Source: Thermoproteota archaeon
Lineage (GTDB): Archaea; Korarchaeota; JAOZGF01; JAOZFZ01
Reading direction: 5' to 3'
Length of the DNA: 64,000 nucleotides
NCBI GenBank assembly: GCA_027492035.1
Contig: JAOZFT010000004.1
Coordinates: forward strand, 352,001-416,000
Shown: piece after piece, positions 47,446 through 56,921 of the stretch
Numbering within the stretch: the stretch's first letter is position 1
How the letters are laid out: the number at the start of each line of letters is the position of its first letter
Notes under the pieces: generated by a model
Databases searched by the model: none
What the model saw: the letters and a program-made list of their open reading frames with translations, nothing else
Told to the model about the DNA's origin: nothing
Position numbers and translations under genes: made by a program

Positions 47446-49191
47446 TTACAAGTGAGTGAAGAAAAACTTTATTTCAGATTCTTTTTCAACCAATTTTGCG
47501 AAACAGAACCTTTCAAATTGAACAGTTTGACCTTTTTCAGCCTTTTCTATGTTTTTCTCACCGTAACACTCAATTGTTTCCCCGTCTACATTTATTAGTT
47601 TAAATTTAATGTTTTGGGTAGCAGGAACCCAACTTATCTTTTTTATGTTTTTTGGTGCTGCATCTATGCTGAAACTATGGAACGTTGCTGTAGCGTGACC
47701 TATTCCCTTCTCTTTTATTGAAACATTCATTAAATCCTTCAATCTAATTGTCTCGTTAGGTTTCGTTCCTTCTAAATCCCTTTTTTCAATTAATAACTTA
47801 ACTTTTCCATCCTTAACTTTTACCTTTATTTTCCTTTTTCCAAGTTCAGGTTTGCTTGGGTTTATTAGTGGTTGGGCCTCAACTTTTTCTTGAGGTATAT
47901 TTTTTACAAGTAAGGTTGCTGGTTTGGATACTGCAAAAAATCTTTGTGAGTGCGGGTCAATTAGCCTCCTGTTTATGGCGTAAAGGTTCTCGGGACTGTA
48001 CTCCACATCTGTTAAACTTAAACCTAAGCTAAGAATTGCTTCTCTTATTGCCTCCGGCTTTATTCCCCTCATCATTAATGATTGTAAACTCCACGTCCTT
48101 GGGTCATACCAACCCATATAAACTCCTTTCTCTATCATTTTCCTTGCTTCGGTTTTACTTAATTTTAAACCTCGGAATTTAATCATTCCATAATGTATGA
48201 ATTCTGCCTCTTCCCAGTTCATTATTTTCCAAACAAAACTTTCTATTTTGTCCTCTTTTATTAAATCTTTTCCTCTTAAAATGTGGGTTATTCCCAGGTA
48301 GTGGTCGTCTACCGCCCAAGAAAACTCAAGTAAAGGCCATACAATATATTTACTGCCTACGCGGGGGTGTTCTTTTTCACTCACCCTCATTAACACAGGA
48401 TCCCTAAGTGCAGGGTCTTTCTGTTGCATGCTTGTTTTCAAACGGGCAACAGCTTCTCCCTCCCTAAATTTTCCCTCCAACATTTCATTCCATAATTCCA
48501 TGTTCTTTTCCACTGAGGCATCTCTATGGGGGCAGTTCCTTCTTTTTAGCTTGTATTTTTCCCTAAAAACTTTTTTTGGACATAAACAGATGTATGCAGC
48601 ATTTTTTTCTATCAGTTCTTTTGTTACTTGGTAAAAAAGAGGCAGTCTATCCGATTTATAAACTTCTTTGTGCCATTTGACTCCTAGCCACTGTAAACCC
48701 TCCTTTATCAGGTCATATGCTTCTGGAAGCAAAACTTTTTCTTGAGACCCTATAGTGTCGTCGAAAACAAGCAGTAAAGAACCCTTATACCTCTTTACAT
48801 ACTCATCGTTTAGTATAACCATTCTTGCGTTGCCTATGTGGAGAGGACCTGAAGGGAAGGGTGCAAGCCTCATCACTACTCTACTGTACTTTTCTACATT
48901 AGGTAACTCAGGTAACTTTTTCTCTTCCTTTCTTTTTTCTACTAATTTTGAGAAAAGTTCAGGATCTATCTTTTCAAGTTCTTCCCTTTGCTGGTCTATA
49001 GTCATTTCATTAACTTCGTCAACTATTTTTTGGACCAGTTGCAGAATTTTTCTTGGGTCAATCTCTGTTTTTCCTTTGCTAACTACTTTTTTCATGACAA
49101 ATTTAGCTGCTGCCTTACCTTTATGCTTTAAGGCGTTAAATAAAGCATTTTTCTTTATTAATTTCTCTAGTTCATCTACTTTTTTAGCCAT
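47446..49191 (-). CDS. gltX: Glutamyl-tRNA synthetase (archaeal type)
   Basis: 'APFPSGPLHIGN', 'THILRGKD', 'LSKT', 'QFER'. Confidence 0.96.
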   Translation of the reverse strand: MAKKVDELEKLIKKNALFNALKHKGKAAAKFVMKKVVSKGKTEIDPRKILQLVQKIVDEVNEMTIDQQREELEKIDPELFSKLVEKRKEEKKLPELPNVEKYSRVVMRLAPFPSGPLHIGNARMVILNDEYVKRYKGSLLLVFDDTIGSQEKVLLPEAYDLIKEGLQWLGVKWHKEVYKSDRLPLFYQVTKELIEKNAAYICLCPKKVFREKYKLKRRNCPHRDASVEKNMELWNEMLEGKFREGEAVARLKTSMQQKDPALRDPVLMRVSEKEHPRVGSKYIVWPLLEFSWAVDDHYLGITHILRGKDLIKEDKIESFVWKIMNWEEAEFIHYGMIKFRGLKLSKTEARKMIEKGVYMGWYDPRTWSLQSLMMRGIKPEAIREAILSLGLSLTDVEYSPENLYAINRRLIDPHSQRFFAVSKPATLLVKNIPQEKVEAQPLINPSKPELGKRKIKVKVKDGKVKLLIEKRDLEGTKPNETIRLKDLMNVSIKEKGIGHATATFHSFSIDAAPKNIKKISWVPATQNIKFKLINVDGETIECYGEKNIEKAEKGQTVQFERFCFAKLVEKESEIKFFFTHL

Positions 49192-49218
49192 TTCTCTAAA
49201 TCCTTTCCTAAATAAATG

Positions 49219-50220
49219 TTAGGTAATTTCTTCCTTTAATATCCCTAACGACTCATTTGTTCTTTTGATTGATTCCTGTTTAGATGCTTTTTTGAGGGAG
49301 GCTCTTATAGCATCTATGTTTTCAGGTATAACTATTGCCTCTTGGTGGATACCTAACGTAAGATACACTGTTTTTTTGTTCAGCATAGTTAACGACTCTT
49401 TCCAGATTACTGTCTCATAAATGTCGTTTCTTAGTCTTCCTAGGTCGCGTGCAGCTTCAATGAGTTGTGATGTTGAATTAAATCCCTTTTCTGAAGATGC
49501 AAAAATGACTCTGGGTTCTTTTATTAATGTTTCAGTTATTTCCTCTTTACTTGCTTCTCTTTCTAAGCTAACTCTTAATGAATGAACATGCATGAGAGTT
49601 GTAGGTATTTTAAAAGCTACGGTTGTGATGTTTAATCCTTTAATTACTGTTTTCACATCTTCACTGTGGTGTGAAGGGAGGGTTACAGGGTCAAGAACTA
49701 TTGAGTTTATTGGCCCCCTTTTGGTTTCTTTAGGATCTGCTGCTCTTCGAATGACAACTGCAAAGGCTTCTCTTATTCCAAAATCCCTATTTAGAGGATG
49801 TAGAACCCTTACTAAACCTGTAGTGTTGCAAGAAACGACTCTTATATAGTTTTTACCGTAAGCTTCGCCGTAGTTGCATGAAGCAGTAAAGGATACTTCA
49901 GCAACTGACGCCTTCTCTCCACCCTCAAAAATAGCCTTCTTTTTATTTTTTAAGTATATCTCCTTATTTTTTTCACCTATTCCACCTGGGGAGGCATCAA
50001 CTATTATGTCTGCTTTTTTAACTAACTCTTCAAGTCCTCCTCTTTGTTCATTTAAGGCAACGACGTTTAAGCCCCTTTTTAAACCTATTTCCAAAGAATA
50101 ATCTTTTGATTTTTTCACAACCCCAACCACCTTCATATCCCCTTGTAAATTAACTGCGTCAGCCACTCTTTTGCCAATAGTGCCGTAACCAATGATTCCA
50201 ACCTTAATCATTCCTTTCAC
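49219..50220 (-). CDS. gap: Glyceraldehyde-3-phosphate dehydrogenase, type II
   Basis: 'GYGTIGKRVADA', 'VVSCNTTG', 'VIPENIDAIRA'. Confidence 0.96.
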   Translation of the reverse strand: MKGMIKVGIIGYGTIGKRVADAVNLQGDMKVVGVVKKSKDYSLEIGLKRGLNVVALNEQRGGLEELVKKADIIVDASPGGIGEKNKEIYLKNKKKAIFEGGEKASVAEVSFTASCNYGEAYGKNYIRVVSCNTTGLVRVLHPLNRDFGIREAFAVVIRRAADPKETKRGPINSIVLDPVTLPSHHSEDVKTVIKGLNITTVAFKIPTTLMHVHSLRVSLEREASKEEITETLIKEPRVIFASSEKGFNSTSQLIEAARDLGRLRNDIYETVIWKESLTMLNKKTVYLTLGIHQEAIVIPENIDAIRASLKKASKQESIKRTNESLGILKEEIT

Positions 50221-50508
50221 CCTTTTCTTTCTTAAAGATAGGAAGGGAGTAATTATCTTTGTAGAAAGTTAAAAAATAAAAATTTTCTTCCTTTTAAAAA
50301 AGGGAAGGAAAAAGTTTAAAAGAGAGAAATACTTATTATATTTGTTGTAAAAAATGAATCAAATTGTGCAAAGAAGTTCTCTCTATTTCAATAAAGCCTG
50401 CAGAAACTATGAACCCTCTTATTCTTTTTTAGAGAAGGGACATTTTCTCCTTCATAGTCTTTATTTTACAAAGTTAAAAGGGTGCTGAACCTTCCTTCTC
50501 TTTAGGGG

Positions 50509-50883
50509 TTGGGAAAGATGTATTTAGAAGTTACGGTTTCTGGAAAAGGTAAAATGTTTTTTAAATTAAACACTGTTCGTTCCCCTCGGACTTTAAGGAA
50601 ATTTCTTATACACTTGCCTTTCTCCAGCGTGTTATATGAATCCAGTCCTCTCCTCTTCTGTGAGATGGATTTAAGTATAGCCCCTGAAAAGGCAGTTAAT
50701 GAAGTTAGGAAGGGATATTTTGGTTACTGGCCCATGAATAAAGCATTATTTATTGCTAAGAATAATGGTTCAGTAAATTTCCCCCTGAATGTGCTTGGAC
50801 ACATAGAGAAAGGAGTAAATGTCCTGAATAAATTAAGTAAATATGATGTGGTTCATCTTAAAACTACAAATCGTATTTTTTAA
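50509..50883 (+). CDS. Cyclophilin-like fold protein (TM1367/DUF369-like)
   Basis: 'SPRT...LP', 'GYFGYWP...LFI', 'NVLGHI'. Confidence 0.7.
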   Translation: MGKMYLEVTVSGKGKMFFKLNTVRSPRTLRKFLIHLPFSSVLYESSPLLFCEMDLSIAPEKAVNEVRKGYFGYWPMNKALFIAKNNGSVNFPLNVLGHIEKGVNVLNKLSKYDVVHLKTTNRIF

Positions 50884-51185
50884 GTGCCTTTTGTAGGTAC
50901 GTAAATTTTAAGTTTGGAAGATGAAAATATTCTAGTTATCCTTTTTTTATTCTCCAGTTCTCTCAGAATCTTCTTAGCTTCACTTACCTTTATTCCATAC
51001 TGTTTGGAAACAGAGGTTGGCGTAATTACCTTCTGTTGCATAATACTTTGCCTTAAATCTTCACCAGGGGCAACTATTTGTTCCTTTTTCTCTTTATTAT
51101 AAACTTTCTTTTTTGTTTTCTCTTTTTTCTGGGCTTCAAGTCTCTTTAACACTCTTGAAATTGGTTTTTTCTTCTGTCCACCCAA
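50880..51185 (-). CDS. rps25e: 30S ribosomal protein S25e
   Basis: 'MGGQKKK', 'ITPTSVS', 'SEAKKILREL'. Confidence 0.88.
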   Translation of the reverse strand: MGGQKKKPISRVLKRLEAQKKEKTKKKVYNKEKKEQIVAPGEDLRQSIMQQKVITPTSVSKQYGIKVSEAKKILRELENKKRITRIFSSSKLKIYVPTKGT

Positions 51186-51226
51186 TACTTCCCACCTCCT
51201 TAAAAAGGGATCATCTATTTCCTTTT

Positions 51227-52045
51227 TTATGTTTCATTTTTCTTCTTTTTTAATATTTCCATCCAAGGGTTTGATTGTGCAAAGTCTGGTATTTCAGGGT
51301 TCTTTATCCATTTTTCCCAATTAAAGTCTTCTCTGTTAACTTCCTTTTGAGTTCTCTCCTCAACTTCTCTCTTCAAAAACTCTTTTTTTGAAGAAGTAAC
51401 CCCTTCTTCCTTTACCAAGTTTTCAGTTGCTTTTCTCATCAATTCTTTTTTCAATGTCTCTATTTCCCTTTTTAAACTTGAAATTTGGCTTTTTAACTTC
51501 ATTATTTCTAAATTAAGTTTGTTTTTTTCCTCGGTTCCATAAATGATGGGTGAAGAAATTTTTTCCTTCCTTTCTTCCTTACTTTCAATTAAGAGGTTTA
51601 TTTTTTCCATTAAATTGCTCATTTGACGGGTTAACTCTGATATTTGTTTCTCCAAGTAAGTGTGGTCTCTTAAAGTTTTTTCCCTCATTTTAGCTAAAGA
51701 AATTTTTCTTTTAGGTCTTATGGATTCATGGACAAAGGAGTTATCGTAAACTAAAAATAAACCTATTCCCATTGTCCTTATCAAGTATAGGTTCAGCAAT
51801 CCATAAAATTTGTCAGGTGTAGCTACGTAAAAGTAGTTCCCCTCCATCTTTTGAATTAATTCAGTTAAGTTTTCTTTTATGTTCCTTACATCCTCCAAAT
51901 CAGTCACTACTTCCACAACTAGTGTTTCATCGCTACGGCGAAACGTGAGGATGTTATCAATTCTTTCCTGCAATATCCAGTCTCTTATTTTTAAGAAATG
52001 TTCAATGTTGGTGACTATTTCTTCTTTTTCTGAGAAAAGATCCAC
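51227..52045 (-). CDS. Arcadin-2-like protein: alpha/beta N-domain, coiled coil, C-terminal 'NPWMEILKKK' helix
   Basis: C-terminal NxWxxILxxK matches the crenactin-binding helix of Pyrobaculum arcadin-2 (recalled as 'NEWVKILRSKR'). Confidence 0.5.
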   Translation of the reverse strand: MDLFSEKEEIVTNIEHFLKIRDWILQERIDNILTFRRSDETLVVEVVTDLEDVRNIKENLTELIQKMEGNYFYVATPDKFYGLLNLYLIRTMGIGLFLVYDNSFVHESIRPKRKISLAKMREKTLRDHTYLEKQISELTRQMSNLMEKINLLIESKEERKEKISSPIIYGTEEKNKLNLEIMKLKSQISSLKREIETLKKELMRKATENLVKEEGVTSSKKEFLKREVEERTQKEVNREDFNWEKWIKNPEIPDFAQSNPWMEILKKKKNET

Positions 52046-52119
52046 GTTATTTTTTCCTCCAAAGATGCAATTAAACAGAAAAAGGGGAGGGGTTGGAAGA
52101 AGCTGATGCTGCTCGGTTC

Positions 52120-52326
52120 TTAAACTCCCTTGGCTGCTAGCTTTACGTCTTCTTCTAAAACTGTTTTTCTGCCAGCGTGTTTAGCCAAATCTACAGCTCT
52201 CCGGCTTATTTTTTCTGCATAATCCTCTATGGCGTCTCTCAAGACAGTTTTAGCGGTTTCACTGACTCTTTCTGCACCAGCCTTCCTCATGATTCTATCA
52301 AGTGGTGCTAAAGGTAGAACTGCCAT
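52120..52326 (-). CDS. Archaeal histone (HMf-like singlet)
   Basis: 'LPLAPLDRIMRKAGAERVS', 'HAGRKTV...DV'; BRE-TATA at 52365-52378. Confidence 0.96.
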   Translation of the reverse strand: MAVLPLAPLDRIMRKAGAERVSETAKTVLRDAIEDYAEKISRRAVDLAKHAGRKTVLEEDVKLAAKGV

Positions 52327-52552
52327 TTGAATCACCTGTTTAAGTACGTAATGTGTCCATTTACTATTTAAATCTTTCTATTTAAAGAAGGCAATAAATA
52401 AAAAAATGTTTTTTACTGATTTGAAATGAGGGTTTCGTTGCTATTGAATCTGCCAAAAATAAGTAAGGATTTATATTTAATTTGACATTTTAGATGTTCT
52501 CTGTAAAAAACTTTGCAAAATCTTTTTTTTGTCTTGCATGGGGTTGGTTGTA

Positions 52553-53041
52553 ATGGAGAGAATCTGGGCTCCTTGGAGGGAAAAATATGTTTCGTCGCCT
52601 TCAGATAAATGCATTTTTTGCTCTTACAAGGAAAAAATCCCTGAAGAGAGAGATTTATCCATCCATTATGGAAAATTTTCCTTCATTATCCTAAACAAAT
52701 ATCCATATAATGGTGGCCATCTTTTAATTGCTCCTTATCGGCATATTACAGATTTCTTATCCCTTAGAAAGGAGGAAATAACTGAAATATTCTCTTTAAT
52801 CCGTTTATCAGTTACTGTATTGAATAAAGTAATGAAACCTCAAGGTTATAATTTGGGGGCTAACATTGGGAAAGTGGCTGGTGCAGGTTTTGAGCATTTT
52901 CATTTCCACATTGTACCTCGATGGAAAGGAGACACGAATTTTCTGCCTGTCATTTCCGACACGAAAGTAGTTTCTGTAAACCTTTTTGCTTTAAGGGATA
53001 AATTGAGGAAGGAATTTAACAGGGTATTGAAGAAGGAATGA
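52553..53041 (+). CDS. HIT family hydrolase
   Basis: 'WAPWR', 'CIFC', 'NKYPYN.GH', 'HFHFHIVPR'. Confidence 0.94.
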   Translation: MERIWAPWREKYVSSPSDKCIFCSYKEKIPEERDLSIHYGKFSFIILNKYPYNGGHLLIAPYRHITDFLSLRKEEITEIFSLIRLSVTVLNKVMKPQGYNLGANIGKVAGAGFEHFHFHIVPRWKGDTNFLPVISDTKVVSVNLFALRDKLRKEFNRVLKKE

Positions 53042-53057
53042 AGTGGAAAATTCTTTG

Positions 53058-53462
53058 TCACTTAAGCGGGACATACATCGAACTCTTGGTTGCACCTACC
53101 CCCGGTTTTCCATGTTTCACTATTTTATTGGTGATAGCGAACTCACCTAACCTGTGCCCTATCATCTGCGGCTTAATTTTTACGGGAACAAACTCTTTTC
53201 CGTTATGGATATGGATTGTTAACCCTACAAACTCAGGCAGAATAATCAATCCTCGACAATGTGTTTTTATTGTTTTCTTAGGTATTTTACCTTGAGTTAT
53301 CTTTCTTATTTTTTCATAGAGCTTCCTTTCTTGAAGAGTTAAACCGTTCGATCTGCTTAACTTCCTTCTTGCCCGTGAAGGAAGCAAATCTATAAGGGTG
53401 TCCATAGGCATTTTCTTTAGTTCTTCAAGCGTATATCCCCTATATTTAAACTCTCTAACCAT
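53058..53462 (-). CDS. rps19: 30S ribosomal protein uS19
   Basis: 'FKYRG', 'MIGHRLGEF', 'GATKSS'. Confidence 0.97.
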   Translation of the reverse strand: MVREFKYRGYTLEELKKMPMDTLIDLLPSRARRKLSRSNGLTLQERKLYEKIRKITQGKIPKKTIKTHCRGLIILPEFVGLTIHIHNGKEFVPVKIKPQMIGHRLGEFAITNKIVKHGKPGVGATKSSMYVPLK

Positions 53463-53465
53463 CTC

Positions 53466-54194
53466 TTATCTCTTCCTCCCAGTTCTACGGGCAGCTATAT
53501 GCCCAACCTTTCTCCCTGGAGGGGTTCCTCTTGAAACAGTTGTTGAGGAACCCGGATGTTGATGAGAGCCTCCCCCATGGGGATGGTCAACAGGATTCAT
53601 TGCAACTCCTCTCACTACTGGCCATTTCTTCCTTCTGCTTCTAGCATAATATTTCTTTGTTCCTGCTTTCAAGAAAGGTTTCTCTTTCACTCCTCCCGCA
53701 GCTGCTACCCCAACTGTAGCTAAACAATTTGCATTAAAAGTTTTTTCCTTTCCAGAGGGCAGCTTCACTCTAACCCAGTTTCCATCTTTACTTACAATTA
53801 TTCCACAAGCACCTGCGCTTTTCGCAAATTTTCCCCCGTCAAAAGGTTCCTTTTCTATGTTAAAAACCCTCATTCCTTCAGGAATTTTAGCAAGGGGTAA
53901 AATATTCCCCACTTTAGGCTCTGCTTCATTCCCTATCTTTAATTGCTGCCCTACATAAGCCCCTTTAGGAGGTAAGTAAAGAATTTTTGGGCCAGTTTCT
54001 AATTTCACAATAGCCAAAGGGGCGCTCCTACCTCTTTCATGCCTAAATTCAATTATTTTACCTATTAAAACCTTGCTTTGCCTTAAGTAAGTACGAAATT
54101 GATTGTAGGTTATATCCCCTATTTTAAAATGTTTACAGGATTTATAAATAGGTCCTCCTTTACCTATCCTTTGTGCCCTAATTATTTTTCCCAT
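53466..54194 (-). CDS. rpl2: 50S ribosomal protein uL2
   Basis: 'RGVAMNPVDHPHGGG', 'PPGRKVG'. Confidence 0.97.
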   Translation of the reverse strand: MGKIIRAQRIGKGGPIYKSCKHFKIGDITYNQFRTYLRQSKVLIGKIIEFRHERGRSAPLAIVKLETGPKILYLPPKGAYVGQQLKIGNEAEPKVGNILPLAKIPEGMRVFNIEKEPFDGGKFAKSAGACGIIVSKDGNWVRVKLPSGKEKTFNANCLATVGVAAAGGVKEKPFLKAGTKKYYARSRRKKWPVVRGVAMNPVDHPHGGGSHQHPGSSTTVSRGTPPGRKVGHIAARRTGRKR

Positions 54195-54237
54195 TTCCTT
54201 CCTCTCTTTAATCAAACTTCAATAAAAAATAAAATTT

Positions 54238-54501
54238 TTAGTAAATGCCTAGTTTTGAAGCTAAATCTGATGCATTATACTCTTTTTTAAGTTTTATATA
54301 AGCTTTCTTCTTCCCACCTTTAACTATTAAAGTATTAATCTTTTCAATTTTTACTTTAAAATGGTTTTCAAAAAGAGTTTTTAACTGTTTCTTAGTTGTT
54401 TTTCGGTGGACAATGAATGTTAATTTGTTTTCGTTTTCAATCATCTTAATAGTTTTTTCAGAAACCACCGGATAAAGTATCACGTCAAATATTGTTGGCA
54501 C
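54238..54501 (-). CDS. rpl23: 50S ribosomal protein uL23
   Basis: 'PVVSEK', 'NKLTFIV', 'KKAYIKL'. Confidence 0.96.
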   Translation of the reverse strand: MPTIFDVILYPVVSEKTIKMIENENKLTFIVHRKTTKKQLKTLFENHFKVKIEKINTLIVKGGKKKAYIKLKKEYNASDLASKLGIY

Positions 54502-55276
54502 TTCTTTCTCCCTCCCTACTTTTTAACCAATTAATAGCTGATTCAGACCAGACTGTAAGCCTTCCGGGTTTGCCTCCGGGTGCCAATTGTTCGCAGCTTA
54601 AATCCTTAGCTAACGTTACATCTACACCTGGAAGACATCTAGCACCTATCTTTATTCCTAAATCTTTATTAACAACTATCAAAGGACCTTTTGCATGTTT
54701 CCTTCTTCTCCCTCTCATTTTCCCTTTTCCAGCTCTCTCCTTTCGCCATCTTTTCTTACATCTTAAAACATCATCCCATAGCCCCAGTTTCTTAAATATC
54801 TCCCTTACTTCTGAAGTCTCCTTTACTTCCTGTATCTTATCCTCCACAACCAAAGGAAGAGACTTTTTTGGGTCCAGTAGATGTCCCCTCCCTGTTACTA
54901 GTTCTTTGGAGGCTGTTGCAGCTATGGCTGATTTTATGGCTTCCCTCCTTTCTTTTTTATTAATTTTTTCCCTTATCACCTTTTCTGGTTTAGGGGGATG
55001 AGCTCTTCTTCCACCTACGGCTCCAGGCACTTTAGCTGCCCTTGTTGAATTTTTTAACCTAGGTACTCTCGCCATCCCCCTTCCTGTACCTAAAGATTCA
55101 GCTATTCTTCTGTTACCCGCTAACGGGTTTCTTCCTTGGGGTTGTTTCTTTGCAGCTTGATGCGAAATGAAAGCTCTTAAAACAAGATGCTCTTTAATTT
55201 TAGTCTCAAAAACTGCCGGTAGATTTATTTCTTTTATTTTTTCACCCTCTAATGAATAAACATTGGTTTTTCTCAT
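54485..55276 (-). CDS. rpl4: 50S ribosomal protein uL4
   Basis: 'GTGRGMARVPR', 'GGRRAHPP', 'LAPGG.PGRL'. Confidence 0.97.
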   Translation of the reverse strand: MRKTNVYSLEGEKIKEINLPAVFETKIKEHLVLRAFISHQAAKKQPQGRNPLAGNRRIAESLGTGRGMARVPRLKNSTRAAKVPGAVGGRRAHPPKPEKVIREKINKKERREAIKSAIAATASKELVTGRGHLLDPKKSLPLVVEDKIQEVKETSEVREIFKKLGLWDDVLRCKKRWRKERAGKGKMRGRRRKHAKGPLIVVNKDLGIKIGARCLPGVDVTLAKDLSCEQLAPGGKPGRLTVWSESAINWLKSREGERSANNI

Positions 55277-55290
55277 TTTTCTTCCCTTCC

Positions 55291-56292
55291 TTAATGCCCA
55301 TGAACTATTTGAGTTAATTGTATGTTCTCCTTCCTACCTCCTCTTATGGCTCCTCTTAAAACAACCAATCTTTTAGGAGGTCCTTGAACAGACCCCTTAA
55401 TTAGTACAAAGTCACTTTTCACTATTCCATAGTGTGGGAACCCTCCACTTGGGGTTATAGGCTGCTCTTCCCCAGAGTCTAAGACATACTCCCCCTCTTT
55501 GCCTATTAATAGAAGTAAATTATTGTATTGGGTTCGTTGATGGAAACCTGTTTGTCCAGGCCTAGGAACTGTCCAAAGCACTCTTGAAGGGTGCCAGGGA
55601 CCAAGTGAACCTACTTCCCTTCTCCTCTTTCCAGCTTTATGGGGAAGTAACTTCACTCCCCATCTCTTTATTACTCCTTGAAACCCTTTACCTTTAGTTA
55701 TGCCTATTACATCGATTTTCTGGTTTGGTTTAAATACTTCACTTATTCCTATTGTTTTCCCGAATTTCTCTTCAACATAGTTTCTTTGATCTTCTATGTT
55801 CCCCCCTCTAATAGGAATTTCAAGTATTTCAGGTTTTTTCTTATGTATTCCAGCTATTCTGGGTAGTGTATGAATAAGTAGCCTCAACTCTGCTTTTTCA
55901 TCTAAATCCTGAAGCAGTTTATCTAATGAATGATTTATCCCCCTCTTTATTGTTAGTTTCCTCTTTAAGTCTTTATTTACTTCAGGTGTCCAACATTCCC
56001 CCTTACACATTAAACCATAAGGAGTTTTTTCATACCTTCTAACTCCAAAAACAGTTACTGGGGGTGTTTCTACAACTGTAGCAGCGGAAACGATTTCCTT
56101 TCCAAAATTCGGGCTATTCTTTGTTTGGTTTACATATAACACGGTTACCATTCCAACCTTGTACCCTGGAAAACCTGGAATCATCATTTCTTGGCTGCAA
56201 TTCCAGCTTCTTATTCTCGGAACTAACCTACTTGCCCTTTTTCTTGGTGCATACCCTAAAGATCCCTTTCTGGGTCTGTGAGTTCTCCCCAT
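55291..56292 (-). CDS. rpl3: 50S ribosomal protein uL3
   Basis: 'PRKGSL..PRKR', 'TKGKGFQG', 'GFHQRT'. Confidence 0.97.
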   Translation of the reverse strand: MGRTHRPRKGSLGYAPRKRASRLVPRIRSWNCSQEMMIPGFPGYKVGMVTVLYVNQTKNSPNFGKEIVSAATVVETPPVTVFGVRRYEKTPYGLMCKGECWTPEVNKDLKRKLTIKRGINHSLDKLLQDLDEKAELRLLIHTLPRIAGIHKKKPEILEIPIRGGNIEDQRNYVEEKFGKTIGISEVFKPNQKIDVIGITKGKGFQGVIKRWGVKLLPHKAGKRRREVGSLGPWHPSRVLWTVPRPGQTGFHQRTQYNNLLLLIGKEGEYVLDSGEEQPITPSGGFPHYGIVKSDFVLIKGSVQGPPKRLVVLRGAIRGGRKENIQLTQIVHGH

Positions 56293-56310
56293 TTTGTACC
56301 CCCTTCACTT

Positions 56311-56733
56311 TCAAATATCCAATAACACATTGGCAACATATTTCTGGCCTGTTTTTTCCACTTTAAAATTGTGATAAGTTATTGCCTTAACTTCATTCCC
56401 TATTTCATGCTTCTTAAGGTTTACTTTTTCTCCCCTAATAACTCCCTTTAAAAAATATTTCCCTTTCCTTCTTTTTATTTCTATTTGGAAATCCTTAAAA
56501 AAACAGTTAAGGGTTTCAAAGAGATAAATTAACTCATTTAACCAGTTGTAAAGCAAATCCTCTACATTGTCTCCTTCTATTTCAATTTTAGTTTCCGTCT
56601 CGGTACCGACCTTGCTTAGGTTCGTCATAACCCCAAAAAGAGCTTTACCTGAATTAATGAAGAGCTGGGTTAAGTTTTTCCCGTAAGCTCTGAACCCCAC
56701 ATCTGCTGTGTGTCCAAAGTATTCGTAATTCAT
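56311..56733 (-). CDS. Archease (RtcB cofactor)
   Basis: 'HTAD', 'VKAITYH', terminal 'DI'. Confidence 0.95.
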   Translation of the reverse strand: MNYEYFGHTADVGFRAYGKNLTQLFINSGKALFGVMTNLSKVGTETETKIEIEGDNVEDLLYNWLNELIYLFETLNCFFKDFQIEIKRRKGKYFLKGVIRGEKVNLKKHEIGNEVKAITYHNFKVEKTGQKYVANVLLDI

Positions 56734-56797
56734 TCCTTCAAATTCACCATGTGAAACCTAGCCTGCAGTTCTCAGGTCATCTGAAAAGGCTAAAAAA

Positions 56798-56917
56798 CGC
56801 CGGGGGTGGGATTTTCCCCACGTGATTATGGATTTGAACCCACGCGGCTCCAAGAGCCACGGGCTTTCATTTTTAGACTCAAGGCCCGCGCCTTAATCCT
56901 GGCTCGGCAACCCCGGC
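56798..56917 (-). tRNA. tRNA-Ser(TGA) with introns at about 37/38 (56866-56877, 12 nt) and 59/60 (56812-56832, 21 nt)
   Basis: GCCGGGG/CCCCGGC+G73; long variable arm GGCTC/GAGCC; T-loop BHB TTCA/GGAA. Confidence 0.9.
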
Positions 56918-56921
56918 TTCT

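Noticed and set aside
50354-50488. 44-codon upstream ORF before the cyclophilin-like gene
   Set aside because: It has no SD or recognisable motif and is probably chance.
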